64,000 nt of DNA from Promethearchaeota archaeon. Lineage in GTDB: Archaea > Asgardarchaeota > Lokiarchaeia > Sigyniarchaeales > SOKP01. Below the pieces are notes generated by a model. That model was not told where the DNA came from. It searched no databases and was given only the letters and a program-made list of their open reading frames with translations. Within the stretch, counting starts at the first letter, position 1. Each line of letters starts with the position of its first letter. This document shows, piece after piece, positions 63,801-64,000 of the stretch. The stretch is taken from assembly GCA_016930515.1 (NCBI GenBank), contig JAFGGO010000085.1:244-64243 (forward strand), read 5' to 3'. A program made the position numbers and the translations under genes.

Positions 63801-64000
63801 TATTAACACAATTTTTAATTTAACGCTTGAATATCCTCGATCCATTTAAAGAAAAAACTTGAAACCTATTTCATTTCTTCTTGAAGAATAGAATCATATT
63901 GTTTAAAGAAAAAACGAAAATTATAATGAAAAAAAAAGGTTAAAATTTATAACAGGATTAATGTCTTCGTTTGTTTACAACAACCCCTACCAATAAGACG

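Overview
AT-rich archaeal chromosomal window. It most likely comes from an Asgard archaeon (Lokiarchaeia/Promethearchaeota). This is inferred from the Loki-type LRR N-termini, IPFG-type C-terminal anchor tails, a CBS-longin-like fusion, PlsC acyltransferases, and archaeal Hel308/Hef helicases. The left two thirds is a mosaic of redox, metabolic and transport genes: katG with a divergent Fur/PerR gene, a glycyl-radical enzyme plus activase, abfD, a B12 radical SAM enzyme, an RNase J-like protein, an MCP, bcp, a metal ABC system with NikR-like boxes, and a tandem PlsC. It also holds several unannotated gene remnants and the 5' half of a group II intron (28917 to about 28260, minus strand). The best candidate for an undescribed system lies at about 43.2-63.9 kb. 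A tightly coupled six-gene membrane operon encodes a HhH/degenerate-nuclease membrane protein, two membrane proteins, a 1288-aa VirB4/HerA-like protein with degenerate Walker motifs, a coiled-coil protein and a YdjM-type hydrolase. It is clustered with a SWIM-containing Hel308-like helicase, a Hef/FANCM helicase operon and a large surface (alpha/alpha)-barrel protein. These units share an unusual upstream element, T6-8-C/G-TTTA(A/T)A. Together this suggests a co-regulated DNA uptake/exchange-and-repair locus analogous to crenarchaeal Ced. All calls come from reading the sequence only; no database searches were run.
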